From NCBI GenBank assembly GCA_963733095.1, contig CAVTBV010000016.1, forward strand, positions 1-64,000: 64,000 nucleotides of DNA, in the 5' to 3' direction. Below are positions 32,836 through 45,089 of the stretch, one piece after another. Position numbers and translations under genes: made by a program. The notes under the pieces were generated by a model that had not been told where the DNA came from, did not search any database, and saw only the letters and a program-made list of their open reading frames with translations. Position 1 is the stretch's first letter, and every line of letters starts with the position of its first letter. The DNA is from Candidatus Bathyarchaeota archaeon. Lineage in GTDB: Archaea; Thermoproteota; Bathyarchaeia; Bathyarchaeales; Bathycorpusculaceae.

Positions 32836-33090
32836 TTGCAGAAACGCAGCCAAACAACCATCACAATCGACATTCTAAAAGCGACCCTAAAGCCCCAGAA
32901 AAAAATGCGCATAATGTACCAATCAAACCTAAACTACGTAAACTTCAACAGATACCTCAAAGACTTCCTCTGCAAAGGCTTCATCGAGGCTGTCAAGGAC
33001 ATAGAAGGAAAAAATTGTTACTGCATAACCCCAAGAGGAAAAGCTCTTCTTTTGGCGCTTAGAAAAGCCCATGGACTTGGATATGAATGA
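32836..33090 (+). CDS. Winged-helix regulator (archaeal HTH_45/ArsR-like)
   Basis: IMYQSNLNY...YL..L...G.I...ITPRGK pattern. Confidence 0.8.
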   Translation: MQKRSQTTITIDILKATLKPQKKMRIMYQSNLNYVNFNRYLKDFLCKGFIEAVKDIEGKNCYCITPRGKALLLALRKAHGLGYE

Positions 33091-33256
33091 TCAGTTTTTG
33101 ATTGTTCCTGAGGTTTTAATCTTCAAGTTGCGAATGTCTGCTGGTAAAATTCATTTTTGATGCGTGCTAACTAGGAACTTGAAATCTAATAACGTTTAAT
33201 CTTGTTTGAAAACTCTAAATATCCGTGGGCATGAAAAACAATGTGAGGGACTGAAT

Positions 33257-33565
33257 ATGTTTGAACCTCATCAAGGAAATGTGCATTTAGACTGTAATTT
33301 TGATAGGATGTGGGATTTTTTGAAGGCGAAGGGTGAGCTTTGTTTGCAGACAGAAGTTGAGGGAAAACCCTTCATTGCAAAGGCTACTGTTGCTTTGTGA
33401 GGAAAGCATGAGGGTGAGCGGGTGATTGTTTTTCTCCATGAAAAAGCTGGGAAGAGGACTGAATCTGCAAGAGGATATGAATGCTGCTGGGGACATTACT
33501 ACAACTGTTATGGAACCAGAATTGGCATGTACTTTAAAGCCCTATTCCATTCGACGAGATTATAG
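33257..33565 (+). pseudogene. Hypothetical protein with an in-frame TGA
   Basis: The frame continues past TGA (33398-33400) as GKHEGERVIVF...CCWGHYYNC to TAG at 33565. Confidence 0.5.
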
Positions 33566-33823
33566 AAGTTAGCTTTAACTTTTCTATATCTTATTGTCGG
33601 TTTACCAGCCGGTGGGTTTCATGTTAGATAGTATTTTAGCCTGGAAGATATAGTCGCCGTCTGGGCTGTTTAATATTGCCTCAAAAACTTCTTCAAACAC
33701 AATTTAACCTCAAAGAATTTTATTTGGGAAATGTTCTGCTTTCTCCAAGACTAAGTTGATTGGTTAGCTTAAGAAGGATATTCCAAAAACGAGAATATGC
33801 CCGGGGGCAGCAGACAAGTTTGC

Positions 33824-34163
33824 TTATCTTGCCCAGCAGGGTCCATAGCCGTATCCGTAGTCGTAGTTGCCTTGGTTGGGTTGATAGGGTTGGTATGGTT
33901 CTGGAGCTGAACTGTTAGTGGGTGCTTGGGGAGTAACATTTTGGCTGCCGTAGTAGGATTGTGCGGGTGCGTAGCCAAAGCAGTTGTCCTATCCAGCCAA
34001 AGAAGCCTCCGTTGTTGGGTGCTGCCGTGTTGGGGGCTGTGCCTGTGTAGGTTTGGTTAGCAGCTATTTGGGCTGAAGCTAATCCAATAACAACCAGAGT
34101 TAAGGCCGCTACTGCGACCAGAGCTAATACGATTTTTGTTGTGCTCAATTTATTCATCACCAT
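33824..34163 (-). CDS. Small secreted or membrane-anchored P/Q/Y/G-rich protein, frameshifted
   Basis: Signal-like N-terminus, GGFFGWIG, and C-terminal YGYGPCWAR in another frame. Confidence 0.5.
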
Positions 34164-34657
34164 ATTATAATATGCGCATGAATGAATATATAAGTTGGCT
34201 GAAACAAACTGAAACAGTCAATGAACAGTTTTCAAGGTCCTTTGATTGTTTACGTTATAAGTTACTTTCAGCCTGTTTTTATTGCTTGGTTCATCTTGCA
34301 AATCAGGCACGAATAAAATTCTTGTCCATAGGCGCACCTGGCAATAGGTGTGCGTGTTTTATAAGGAAAAAAATTTGCTTTATTATTTAGGATCGCTTTC
34401 TTTGTAATGCTTATTTCTTATCAGAGAAAAAAAGATTATAATTATTCTGAAAAGGTCATTGAAAATTGTTGTAGGCGCGGCAAAGCCACAAACATATCGT
34501 AATTGTCAATAACTCTGCCAATTTTTGAATTACTCAATTCAATTTATTGAGATAATAAAGTGATGCTAGTAAAAAGCAATATTGCTTGAATTAAACAACA
34601 CCTTGACAGCAAGGTTTTATAATATCCTTTCTCTAACATGTAGATCCGCATGGTTTA

Positions 34658-35002
34658 GTGAGAGGTAAAGGAAAGTTGAAGATGAGACGATCGAAATTAG
34701 AAATGTACATTGCCATTCTCAACGTCTTGGGGGACAAGGGACCATTAAAGCTGACCCACTTGATGTATAAAGCCAATGTCAACTGCAGTATTCTCAATGA
34801 GCACCTGAGCTTTCTAATAAAACAAGGCCTAATCGAAAAACATATTGTCGAAAAAGAACGCGTAGTTTTCAAGATCACGAAAAGCGGCATGAACGTTCTG
34901 AAGTATTTTAGAGAACTCACACAAGTGTTGCCTATAATAGAAGAAAGCCGAAGCCAGACAACTCCAATTCCCTACAAACAAACGAATCATCGCTTACTTT
35001 AA
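34658..35002 (+). CDS. Winged-helix regulator (HTH_45/DUF4364-like)
   Basis: MRRSKLEMY..IL...LKLTHLMYKANVN. Confidence 0.85.
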   Translation: MRGKGKLKMRRSKLEMYIAILNVLGDKGPLKLTHLMYKANVNCSILNEHLSFLIKQGLIEKHIVEKERVVFKITKSGMNVLKYFRELTQVLPIIEESRSQTTPIPYKQTNHRLL

Positions 35003-35139
35003 ATTACTTTCAGCCGTTAGCCTGAATTTAGCTTCATTTTCAACGCAGACTCCACTATTCAGCAAAGTAGTTTGGAGTTACTGTTTAAGAACCCAAGACT
35101 GCCTTCTGCTATCCTTCAACCTAAGGGAGAATTGAGACT

Positions 35140-35862
35140 TTGAGCCAAACCATTGCAGTAAAGACGACGCTGTCTCAACCAGTTTTTCCATTAAACTTAA
35201 GAAATGTTAAGGAGGTTTTCCCTGGGTTCGCCTTGGGTGATTTTGCTGTTCTGCAAGGTGTCTCGCTTTCATCTCTAACGTCGATGATATGCGTAAATGC
35301 TCAACTTCCAACTCAACTAGGAGGTTTACAGAGCAGCGTTGTCTTCATCGACGGTGGAAACACGTTTAGATTATACCAGATAGCTCGGTTAGCTCAACTT
35401 CATCATCTTAACCCCAAAAAGGTCCTCGACAACATTTACATATCAAGACCTTTCACCGCCTATCAAACATGCTTTCTCATCATGCACCAACTCAAAGACG
35501 CAATCAAAAAGTATAACGCCAAAATTGCAATAATTTCTGACATCGCCGGATTCTTCCTAGACAACGACATTCCTGAAGATGAAGCCCAAAGAATATTTGA
35601 GCAAGTAGCGACCTTTCTATCAAATTTTGCCCGCGAAACCCAAACGATAATCATCGCAACCTACCCACAACATGCAGAGACGCCAAGAAACGACCTGCTC
35701 CAATCCCAAACAACCCGAAAAGCAAACGTTGTATTGTCCTTAAGAAAGACAAGTTATGCCCGGCAGTTTATACTAGAAAAGCATCCCTATCTTTCCTGGG
35801 GCGTTGCTGAGTTGCCAGTAGAGGACTTGACGTTAGAAGATTTTGTGGACGCGAATGTTTAA
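35140..35862 (+). CDS. RadA-like RecA-fold protein lacking Walker A (paralog of 2428-3192)
   Basis: QLGGLQSSVVFIDGGNTF, ISRPFTAYQ and LEKHP shared with the flank paralog. Confidence 0.8.
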   Translation: MSQTIAVKTTLSQPVFPLNLRNVKEVFPGFALGDFAVLQGVSLSSLTSMICVNAQLPTQLGGLQSSVVFIDGGNTFRLYQIARLAQLHHLNPKKVLDNIYISRPFTAYQTCFLIMHQLKDAIKKYNAKIAIISDIAGFFLDNDIPEDEAQRIFEQVATFLSNFARETQTIIIATYPQHAETPRNDLLQSQTTRKANVVLSLRKTSYARQFILEKHPYLSWGVAELPVEDLTLEDFVDANV

Positions 35863-36010
35863 TGGGCAAAACCGTGGAATCCTACCGCATGGCTCTAGAA
35901 GATGAGATTAGCCTGGAGCGGCTTTTGGAAAGGCTCTGAGAATTGAGGATAAGAAAGCCTTCGACACTTTGATGGATGCCAGCTGAAGCTATTCGTTAGC
36001 GGCAAGTTTG
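35862..36010 (+). pseudogene. Remnant of the small PolB2-associated protein (arCOG07300-like)
   Basis: MGKTVESYRMALEDEI then, in a shifted frame, KALRIEDKKAFDTLMDA followed by a stop. Confidence 0.55.
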
Positions 36011-36608
36011 CTTAGCTTCTCCAATACATCGAGAAAACCGTTTACGATTCAATTAGAGGATACGAAAACAGGGACCTTTTCAGTTATCTCAATGAAGATT
36101 ACTGACTCATTTTTGCGGTCGATAGAACAGATCAATCAAAGAAAGATCTAAGCTGGGCTTGCTTGATCTTTGGCTTATACTTGACCGTCCTCTTTTTCGC
36201 TTTTCCAAAAATATGTTAATAATTTGATAAAGGGTCCAAGTCGGATGACTAAAAATAATAAAATGATGAAAGATTTATTCCCATCCTTCGTCGTCAAATT
36301 CTTCATCTTCAGTTTCTTCCCATTCCTCTTCTTCCTCGGATGTCATGTCATTTTTCACCTCACACAAAACGGACAAGTTACCTGTATTGAGAGTCTTAAA
36401 AGCCTTTACTTTCGACAAACGAAGTTGAAATTCACATGATAAAGGCTTGGCATGTGCTACGGCGCAATACTCGACATGTGCACAAGAGAGGAAAAAGGGC
36501 TGACTAAATCACTATTCCAGTGTCCAAATTGCATGATTGTAAATTGCATGATTGTTGTGTTGCGAGAACACTTCTAATCTGAACGTCGGAAATTGGCACT
36601 CTTGTTGA

Positions 36609-36893
36609 TTATTCTTCGATCAATTTCCTTTCGATGAAAGGCTCTTTTCCCTTTTGTTTTCCGCAAGTATAACAAATTAAATATACTGCTTTTCCTTCAA
36701 TCCAAAGCATCTCCCTTTTACTTCCACAACCACTGCATGTTAATCCTTGACGGCGAAAAGGTCGCATATGAGTTAAAGTGATTTCTTCCTCAAGATAAGA
36801 CAAACCAGGCAATGTTTCTATTTCTTGATTTGCCTTTGTTTGCGTTATGTTATCGTTAGAGAGCGGTTTAGATTTTTTAGTCGCCATGAACAA
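36609..36893 (-). CDS. Small Zn-ribbon protein
   Basis: CSGC...CYTC. Confidence 0.45.
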   Translation of the reverse strand: MFMATKKSKPLSNDNITQTKANQEIETLPGLSYLEEEITLTHMRPFRRQGLTCSGCGSKREMLWIEGKAVYLICYTCGKQKGKEPFIERKLIEE

Positions 36894-37870
36894 AAATTGT
36901 TAGGTTTGCTTAAAAGATTTATGAAACAGAAACCAATTAAATCAGCAGTTGTGGCAGCCGACGGCATACATTAACACTCATCTCGTTTGTTTGCAAGTTC
37001 TTTCTTTCTGTTTTCTTCAATTTTATTGCATATCGAGCAAGCAAAACAAAAAGGCTAGTAAACTGTTTATTTTTTACAAAATTTTCTTTGTAACTCTCGT
37101 TTGCTTTGTGGTTCTTCGGTTATAGCTTTAAGAATTTTTATCAAGTTCTCTGTGTCTTTTCGTTGTTTAGCGGTTCCTCGGTTGGACATAACAGCAGGAT
37201 TACTGTGCATGTTTTATTTAGTGTTTGGGTGCGTAAATCATTGTAGTTTGCTTTGGCACATTGGGCAAGCCCCAACTTTTTTTAGTCCATCAAAGATCAT
37301 TCCTAAATTACATTTATAGCAGAGGCGTATTCCGCACTTTTTGCAGTAGAAGGTAGCGCCTGCGTTTCCACAAGCGTCGCATGTTTTAAAGGCACATTCG
37401 TTGCACAAAAAACTCAGGCTCGATAGCTTGAAACTGAACGGTCACACTTAGGACAAAACTTGCTTATAGGCAATGTCAACTGGTAAACAGCACTTTCAGC
37501 TTGGACCTGCGCTTGTTTTTCCAACTGGTTTAAACAGAAAATGGTCAAAAAACAGGGTTATCTAACAGAAGCGAATCAAAGACAACGAAGATAAGATAGT
37601 TTCATGTGTAAGTTGAATTTCTGTTTAGTACAGGGAAACAAAAATTTTTGTGCTACCTTTGCCATGAATGGGGGCTCAATGTCGGTGCTTTCTAAATTCG
37701 TGTTTTTGCAATCCCCTTTTTTAGAGAAACTAAGAATTGATTTTGTCGCCAGTGCCCACCTGCCAATTAGTCATATATTTAATCTCAAACAATATTGACT
37801 TTATTGGACAATATTAAATTAAATAACTTTTGTTTTTTGTCCAATAAAATTAAATGGAGAAAAAGGAAAA

Positions 37871-40295
37871 ATGAAAAAAAATAAAACAATACAAACAGCA
37901 ATCACTTTGTTTCTAATATTAAGCATAACTGCTACACTGATAATTTTGCCAATCCCCGTTAAGGGTGCAACAACTTACAACTATCAAACCTTCGCCTATC
38001 TCTCTATTCGACCAAACCCTATAGGCGTCAACCAAACCTTATTGATTAACTTTTGGATAACACCGCCCATGCCACAACCAGGCATTCTGGACATGGCTAC
38101 ACAGTTGAAATCACACATCCTGACGGAACCAAAGAAACTCTCGGACCGTTTACTAGCATACAAGCAGACACATCGATGTGGACCGAGTGGACACCCAAGA
38201 CAGTTGGGACATATCAATTGAAAGTCATTTATCCTGGAGAAACAGTTCCCCCAGGAACACCATATCAAAGCACCGTAATAACATCTGCATATTCAAGCAA
38301 AACAGTGGACACCTACGTTTTTGCTCCTGCCGAAAGTCCAGTAACAGAACTCATCGTACAGCAAGAACCTATCCCTGGATATCAACCAACTCCGCTCCCG
38401 ACAGAATATTGGCAACGCCCAGTATCAATCGAAAACCGAGAATGGGCATCACTTATGGGTGACTGGGTAATGAGCAGCAACAGCCCTAATAGCGCATACT
38501 ATCAGCCATACGGCGGAGGACCAGAATCTTCACACATCCTGTGGGTTAAAACCACTGGCAAAGGCGGCATAGTCGGCGACGTCTACGCAGACAGCGTATA
38601 CAGCGGCGACCCATCAGGAACACGCGTTTATCAGTACATGCAACTCGCTATCGCCGGAATGGGTTACTACAGCGCACCCGACGGAGTACACTGTGTAAAC
38701 TTACGTACTGGAGAAGAATTATGGGTTAAAAAAGACATAACCCTATCCATTGCAATCTCTGAAAACTATCGCGTTCGCGCCCAAGGTCCACCAGTCGATT
38801 CCTACAACGCATACTTAATGCAACTCAGCTCAACACTTCGCAAATGGGACGCATACACTGGAGAATTAATAGTTGAGGTACCCGGCATGTCAGGAACTTA
38901 TGACCCAACACCCTATGACGCAGGCGACTGGGGTGTGCGAACATACGTCTACAGCACACAGACAATAGCTGGTCAAAGATACTTAATTAAATGGACCCCA
39001 CAAGGCAACAGCAACAACTTCACAAGCAGAATCGTATACAACGTCACCTATCCGCTTAACGGTATCACTGGAATTAGCGACGGTAAAGGCTTCTACTTTG
39101 GCGTAGCATTTTCAACTGTTGCCCCTTCCGGAGCCTTTGACATCGAAACAGGTCAAATACTCTGGATGAAAAACTACACTACCAACGAAGCACAGTTCTC
39201 AAGCGCAGGAGTTCTCACTGAAGACGGAATTTACGTCTATCCGAAATATTACGGCGACCCCAATCAGCAAGGATTAAGACCACTGATGGCTATCGACATA
39301 TCAAACGGAAACATCTGTACGATTCCACTGTTACTACATATCCATGGGGAAGCTTCTGGAGCTATTCTAAAGCAGCAGCTTACGGCATGGTCTACTATCC
39401 AACCTACACAGGATATGTATGGGCATTCAATGCAATAACAGGTCAAGTAGTCTGGAAAGGCGGGTATAATTCAGTTGGATATGAAACGCCTTATGGCTAT
39501 CAACCATTCTTCTCCTCGATTGCAGTTGCGGGCGGAAAAGTCTATGCTGGCAACGACGAGCACAGTGAACAATCACCGTATTATCAAGGAAAGAGAATGT
39601 GGTGTCTTGATGCTTACACGGGAGAAACAATATGGAACATAAGTTTCTGGTCACCGGGCTTCAACATGCAAGGACTCATAGCAGACGGGTTGCTGGTAGC
39701 CACCAACTTCTATGACGGTCGCCAATACGCATTCGGTAAAGGCCAAAGCGCAACTACGATTGCAGCATCACCTGAAGTTACCCTTAAAGGATCTAGCGTG
39801 CTGATAACGGGTACTGTAAATGATGTTTCCCCAAGCGCCAAAGACGACCGAGCAGTAGCATTGTATCCAAAGGGTGTTCCATGTGTTTCTGAAGAGAGCC
39901 AAAGTGCATTCATGGAATATGTCTACATGCAAAAAGAAAAGCCAATGAACACAACCGGTGTCCTCGTAACATTAAGCGTTCTTGACTCCAATGGCAATTA
40001 CAGAGACATAGGCACTGTAAACACTAATGCAGACGGGTTCTACAGCTTAAACTGGACCCCTGACATCGATGGAACATACACTGTCTATGCTTCGTTTGCT
40101 GGCAGCAATTCCTATTGGCCATCACAAGCAGTCGCAGCTTTCGCTGTTGACCCAACATCGCAAACTCCGACACCAACAGCCGTTCCAAATCAATCAACGG
40201 TGGATCAGTACTTCTTACCAGCTGTGATAGGCATAGTGCTCGTAATCATCGTATGCTTTGCAATAACGATTCTAATCCTTAGAAAACGACCTTAA
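37871..40295 (+). CDS. PQQ-like beta-propeller surface protein, two frameshifts (near 38085 and 39320)
   Basis: Signal peptide, PNPIGVNQ, PLPTEYWQRP, SHILW, TGE..W repeats and C-terminal TM + RKRP. Confidence 0.8.
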
Positions 40296-40326
40296 AATCT
40301 AACTCCCTTTTTTTCTTTGAACAAAG

Positions 40327-40637
40327 TTATTCTTTCTTGCTTTTTTTGCCTAATTCGATTAAGCGTTTCATTCGTTGCCCTCCACGTTGACCTGCTTCCT
40401 TTAAGCTGACTTTGCCCTGGGCTTCTTTTGTGCCTTCATGCTGTTTGGCGCGGACACTGCCACCTTTACTGCCGATTTCTCTATAGAACTCGGGCCATGT
40501 TCTTCGGAGACTTTTTCGCCACCTTTGCGACCAATTTCTTCGTAGAACTCGCGCCCATGGGTTGACGCGGTTTTTCTTCCGCCGAGTCTTCCTGCTTCGG
40601 CGACGGTTATATGTTTTTTATCCACACATTTCCCCAA
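40327..40637 (-). CDS. KGG-repeat general stress protein (GsiB-like), frameshifted
   Basis: EAGRLGG and EFYEEIGRKGG, then EFYREIGSKGG in a shifted frame. Confidence 0.75.
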
Positions 40638-40838
40638 CTATCTAAGCAACCGCTTGCTTAAAAGTTTGAACCTTGCCTTATGGCTCTTTAATCCGGTTTA
40701 ATGCCTACGTTTTTTGCTCCATTAGGTATTCAAGAAACTGTAAACTTGGGCGCCTTAATAAATTAATTAAACGATGCGACTTCTAACTAAAAGCAACAAG
40801 CAAATTACAATTAAAGCAAAACAGGATCAAGGAGAAAA

Positions 40839-41282
40839 ATGATGCGAAGAGATAAATTAGAAATAGATTTCAAATGTGATATTGACGAGTTTATTCATCT
40901 TGCAAAGCGATGGAATAATCTGCATAAAAGATTACTAAATACTTTGGCGAGGTTACCTGAAGAAGTCTATCAATTCACGTTACAGAAAATCTCTTTCCAT
41001 GCAGGCCAGAGCCAAACTATCCAAGTCGCAGAAATAAACAAACCCTACATGATAATTCTAAAAAGAACAGACTCAGAATCCCTAATAGCACATGAAATAG
41101 CCCATGCATATCTTAACTATACCAAAACAAAATGCGTGTCAGATGATCAAGAAGCTGAAGCTGATGACCTGAGAAGGAAATGGGGGTTCAAGAAGAAACA
41201 ACTCTGCCAAACCTTCCCTAAAGGATGTCTTAATTGCTTTAACCCTCACTGTTCCGAAAGCAAATCAAGAAAGATACGTTAA
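40839..41282 (+). CDS. Small HExxH zincin-like protein with Cys-rich tail
   Basis: IAHEIAH...EAEAD and C-terminal C..CLNC..C. Confidence 0.6.
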   Translation: MMRRDKLEIDFKCDIDEFIHLAKRWNNLHKRLLNTLARLPEEVYQFTLQKISFHAGQSQTIQVAEINKPYMIILKRTDSESLIAHEIAHAYLNYTKTKCVSDDQEAEADDLRRKWGFKKKQLCQTFPKGCLNCFNPHCSESKSRKIR

Positions 41283-41620
41283 CAATTTAACGTATTGGGA
41301 ATTTTGGATTGTTTCTTAATTAGATAATTAAATGTCAATGAACATGCTCCAAAGAAACCGTGATACATTTTCCATAAATTGTATTTTTTCATGATTTATT
41401 ATTTGTTTTCTTTTGTACGCACTTTAATAGAAAACTAGGTGCCTTAGGCATTGTTAACTTTGTCTACTTTGGCACTTTTAATGTCATTTGACGAATGTAA
41501 ATGCTTAAAATACTAACTTGGGGAAAACATGATTAAATCGGACATATCAAGCATGTTATGTGTTGCTTATTTTCTCATAATAGGAAGAGGATTAAAGAGT
41601 ATAGAACGAAAGAATAGGTA

Positions 41621-42217
41621 TTACTTGCTCGATGGTTTAGTGCCGTTCAAGTTTTCGATTTTGTCAACAGTGCTAAATGTAAGTTGTTCAAGTCTATTGC
41701 TCATTCGCTCAACGTCGCCAACAGATTTTTTAATTTCGCACATTCCAGGTTTACTGAGTATATCAAGTTGGTTGATATAACCGTTGTACAAGATTTGGTA
41801 TTGAATGTTTTTAGCCGAGTTTCTTGTAATTTTTGATTGAGGAGAAATTAATAGAATTGAAACAAGCGAAACCACTCCTAGCAAAGCAGGAATTAACGAT
41901 AAGAAACTAAGGCTGTAGAGGACGCTAAGCAATATTGAGTCTAAGATGAGGGTTGCTCCAAAACCCATCATTAGGATGTAGATAAAGATGTTGATCTTGC
42001 AAGCAATTTCACTTATTGAAATTGCCCTACGAAAAGTGTCACTAAAGGTTTTTTCAACGTACGCAGATTTTCTTTCTTTAAGTTTTTTTTCCTGATCAAA
42101 ATCCTTCGAGTCTTCTACTTGCGAAGTTTCAAGAGCAAAAATTTGACTGCCTTCTTCCATCTGTATTGCAGCTGGCTTGGAAATCGGGGGTTTTAGTTCA
42201 GTCAATACGTTCACCAT
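41621..42217 (-). CDS. Two-TM hypothetical membrane protein
   Basis: 198-aa ORF with a central hydrophobic hairpin. Confidence 0.55.
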   Translation of the reverse strand: MVNVLTELKPPISKPAAIQMEEGSQIFALETSQVEDSKDFDQEKKLKERKSAYVEKTFSDTFRRAISISEIACKINIFIYILMMGFGATLILDSILLSVLYSLSFLSLIPALLGVVSLVSILLISPQSKITRNSAKNIQYQILYNGYINQLDILSKPGMCEIKKSVGDVERMSNRLEQLTFSTVDKIENLNGTKPSSK

Positions 42218-42351
42218 TAGAATTAAGATGTTATATTATTGGTTAATACGACTTGCGACTTAAGAATTATTATTGTGACTCTCATTTGGGCGCTCTTCTT
42301 TTTTTGTTTTTTTGTTTCCTAAATTATGGAATATCGTAGATAACTCGATAG

Positions 42352-43430
42352 TTAAAGGGATTTATCGATACGATACTTAAAAGAAACAGTTATTCGTTTT
42401 CGGCTAAGCGTGCCTCGTATTTCATTGTTGATTCTTGTGTCTTCTCGTCCTCTGCTGGCATGCCCAAATCTGGAGACCTTCCAGCCCTTGAGTTTTCCTC
42501 GAATTAGTTGTGGGTTGCTTGTGACTATTAGGAAGGGTAGTTTGGTTTGTGTGCAGTATAGGTCTGCTATGAAGTTGAGGAGTCGTTTGCCTACTCCGAT
42601 TCCTTGATAATCTGGGAGAACGACTAAGCGGCTGACTCGGTAGTATTTTGCTTTCATTCTCACGCATGCGACAGCTATGAATGCAATGGGTTTGCCTTGA
42701 TAGATAGCTGTGTAGCATCTGACTCCTGCACCCAGAGAACCGTTCAGATAATGATAGCTCCGAAACATCTTCCAAAGGTTAGCGCCGCACCGATAGATTT
42801 GGAGTTCAACGGGCGGCCGGCTTCTTTTTTTCGGTCAAACTGCATCGTATCCGTGCAGAAAACCCAATCTGGATCCAGCCAATCTACAACGTCGTAGTGG
42901 CAGGTTACGGCTATGAATTTCTTGGAGCTTCTGCGAACTGCTTTGCTGATTGCAAAGGCGCTGACTTTGGCTATCTCTCTATCTACAACAGAGGTAAACT
43001 CATCAAACACTACCAACGGCTTATCCAAGGAAAGTGCTCGGGCGATGTCAACACGCATTTTTTCACCCTGGCTCAAACAATAATAGGCTTTGAGCCAGTC
43101 CGGCGGTGAAGCGAAACCTACGCTGCAGAGCATCTTTGTGATCTCTGAAGTTTCAAGGTCTTGTGGAAAGTCGTCTAAGACGCATTTGTTTTTGTATTCA
43201 AAGTCTCGAATGTAGGCATTTGGGAAAAGCTGCTTGGCGATGCTTGTTTTGCCAGAGCCGCTGCGGCCAACTATAATGCCAACCTGCCAATCATCATTTT
43301 CAATGGGTAATGAACCTTTGAAGTGTTTCTCTAATTTGACGTCAGAGAGTGTGTAGCTGCCGATTACACTTTGGGCTCTGAAGCTATCGGATTCTTCCAG
43401 CGTTTTATAATGTTAAAATCCGTAGCTTGT
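42352..43430 (-). CDS. ABC-type ATPase plus GNAT acetyltransferase joined by a -1 frameshift
   Basis: GRSGSGKT, LSQGE and FDEFTSVVDR, then MFRSYHYL...RLVVLPDYQGIGVG; the 5' end is degenerate. Confidence 0.8.
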
Positions 43431-43439
43431 ATCCCTCCA

Positions 43440-43940
43440 ATCTTAGCTTCTCATACTTGGCTTTCTGATCAGCTTCGTCTCTGCATTCAACGATTATCTC
43501 ATAGGTTTCAGGAACCAAAAGAAACATCGCGGTCATCCACCTCAAAGGAAGTTTCTCACCTACCGATTCAAGAACGCCTTCAAATCTTCTTTTTCACCCT
43601 CTTCAATTATGCGCAAGTATTCGGCATTGTCTAGTCTTTGTTGTGTTTGCCTCTTAGCTTGTTTAGCACCTGCCGAAGTAATAGGCGGTCAACGTCTTTA
43701 ATGGGCAAGCGGATGACGCTGCACTCACTCATGCCCAGCTCCTTCATCGCCGTAACCCGCTGTGCCCCGTCAGCCACTAAAAGCTCACTGTTGGTGACGA
43801 CAGGTACTATGTCTCCCCACCTCCTGATGGATGCTTTCAACCGATCAAATTGCGCAAGGCTAACCTGTTGGGATTGTCTTGGTCAAACTTGAGGTCGCTA
43901 ATTTTCACTCGTTCCGACATCGGAATCGCGATTTCTTCTT
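43440..43940 (-). pseudogene. ParB/Srx-like domain protein, degraded
   Basis: SIRRWG...PVV....VADGAQR..A..ELG motif; broken at both ends. Confidence 0.65.
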
Positions 43941-43945
43941 TAACC

Positions 43946-44613
43946 TCACACACTCTTTTTTGATGCCTCCATTTCCCTGTTTAAACTTTCGATCAATGCA
44001 TTTTGCTCCTCTGGGTGCGCTTCAAAATATTCCCTGATTCTTTGTGCAGTTAACTCGTGGTGGAGCAGCTTTAGTTCTTCAAAACTCTTCCTATGAAGAT
44101 TCCCTCGGGGTAGATTGCCTTTATTTTTACGTATAAGGCGTCCCACCAAGCAAAATCATCAAATGCGGGGTAATCCTCGTTTCGGTTATTGTTGTATTCA
44201 TAATCTTCTATGAGGCAGGCATGATTGAGTTGTTGCATTTCGCGGAAAAACCATAGAACCCTTAGCATGGCTCGCGCATCTTCGCCCTTCGGGTAAGAGG
44301 CAGCAAACCACTTGTAGACTAAGCGTTGCATGCGGTAGATCAGAAATTCGTATGATTGTTCAAGGATGGCGTTTTCCCAATCATTTAACCGGCTTAGGAG
44401 CTGTTTAGCCGCTTCATTTTGTTGCTCGACGTTTTTTGCGCTATTTATTATGGCTTGCGCATCTTCTTTCAAAGTTGATCTTATTTTATGTGCACGGTCA
44501 TGCAATAGGTGTTCGTCCACGTTGCCTACGTGGAGCGATATGTCATCGTCTTCTGGGGGGAAGTCCAAGATGTTTTCTTCTAATTCGTGTAGTTTGCGGC
44601 TCAACATATTCAT
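43946..44613 (-). CDS. Hypothetical protein, probable frameshift near 44090
   Basis: Overlapping ORFs 44071-44613 and 43946-44149. Confidence 0.45.
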
Positions 44614-44707
44614 CAGAAACTCCTCCTGGTCCGCTCCGCCTTTAGTTTTTCATCTTCTTGGGTTTTGGGAATTAGTATGCTGTTTTTTAGCTTCTCCTCC
44701 AGGGCTA

Positions 44708-44938
44708 TTACCCTGAACTCCAGTTCTTCATCTTTGAGTAGAGTGCTGTAGGTTGATACGGCTGAAACCAACACCCTTGCCCACCTTGCTTGGCTTTGTC
44801 GCTGTTTCCGGCACCATGAATTTTTTTGTGGGAGAGGCTTAGTACGCCGTCTAATACGCGAAATAACGTGTTTCTGCGGTCTTTCGCTGAGCGGTTTAAT
44901 GATGGTTTCTTGACGGTTTTAGCTTCATCTTCACCCAA
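44708..44938 (-). CDS. Small hypothetical protein, probably frameshifted
   Basis: First ORF of the co-oriented 42.3-44.9 kb cluster. Confidence 0.35.
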   Translation of the reverse strand: MGEDEAKTVKKPSLNRSAKDRRNTLFRVLDGVLSLSHKKIHGAGNSDKAKQGGQGCWFQPYQPTALYSKMKNWSSG

Positions 44939-45089
44939 GCTATACTATACTCTCCTAAGTTTGCTCCAACACCAGCGGAGAAAAGACAACAAAGTGAGTT
45001 ACTCTCAAGACACCGCAAAACAAGACAACGGTTGTTAGTATATTTGTTTAAGCAAATAAAATTTGCTATCAAACCTCATAGATGAGGAA

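Noticed and set aside
33398-33400. In-frame TGA as selenocysteine
   Set aside because: The context is not a redox motif, no SECIS is recognisable, and a nonsense mutation is simpler.
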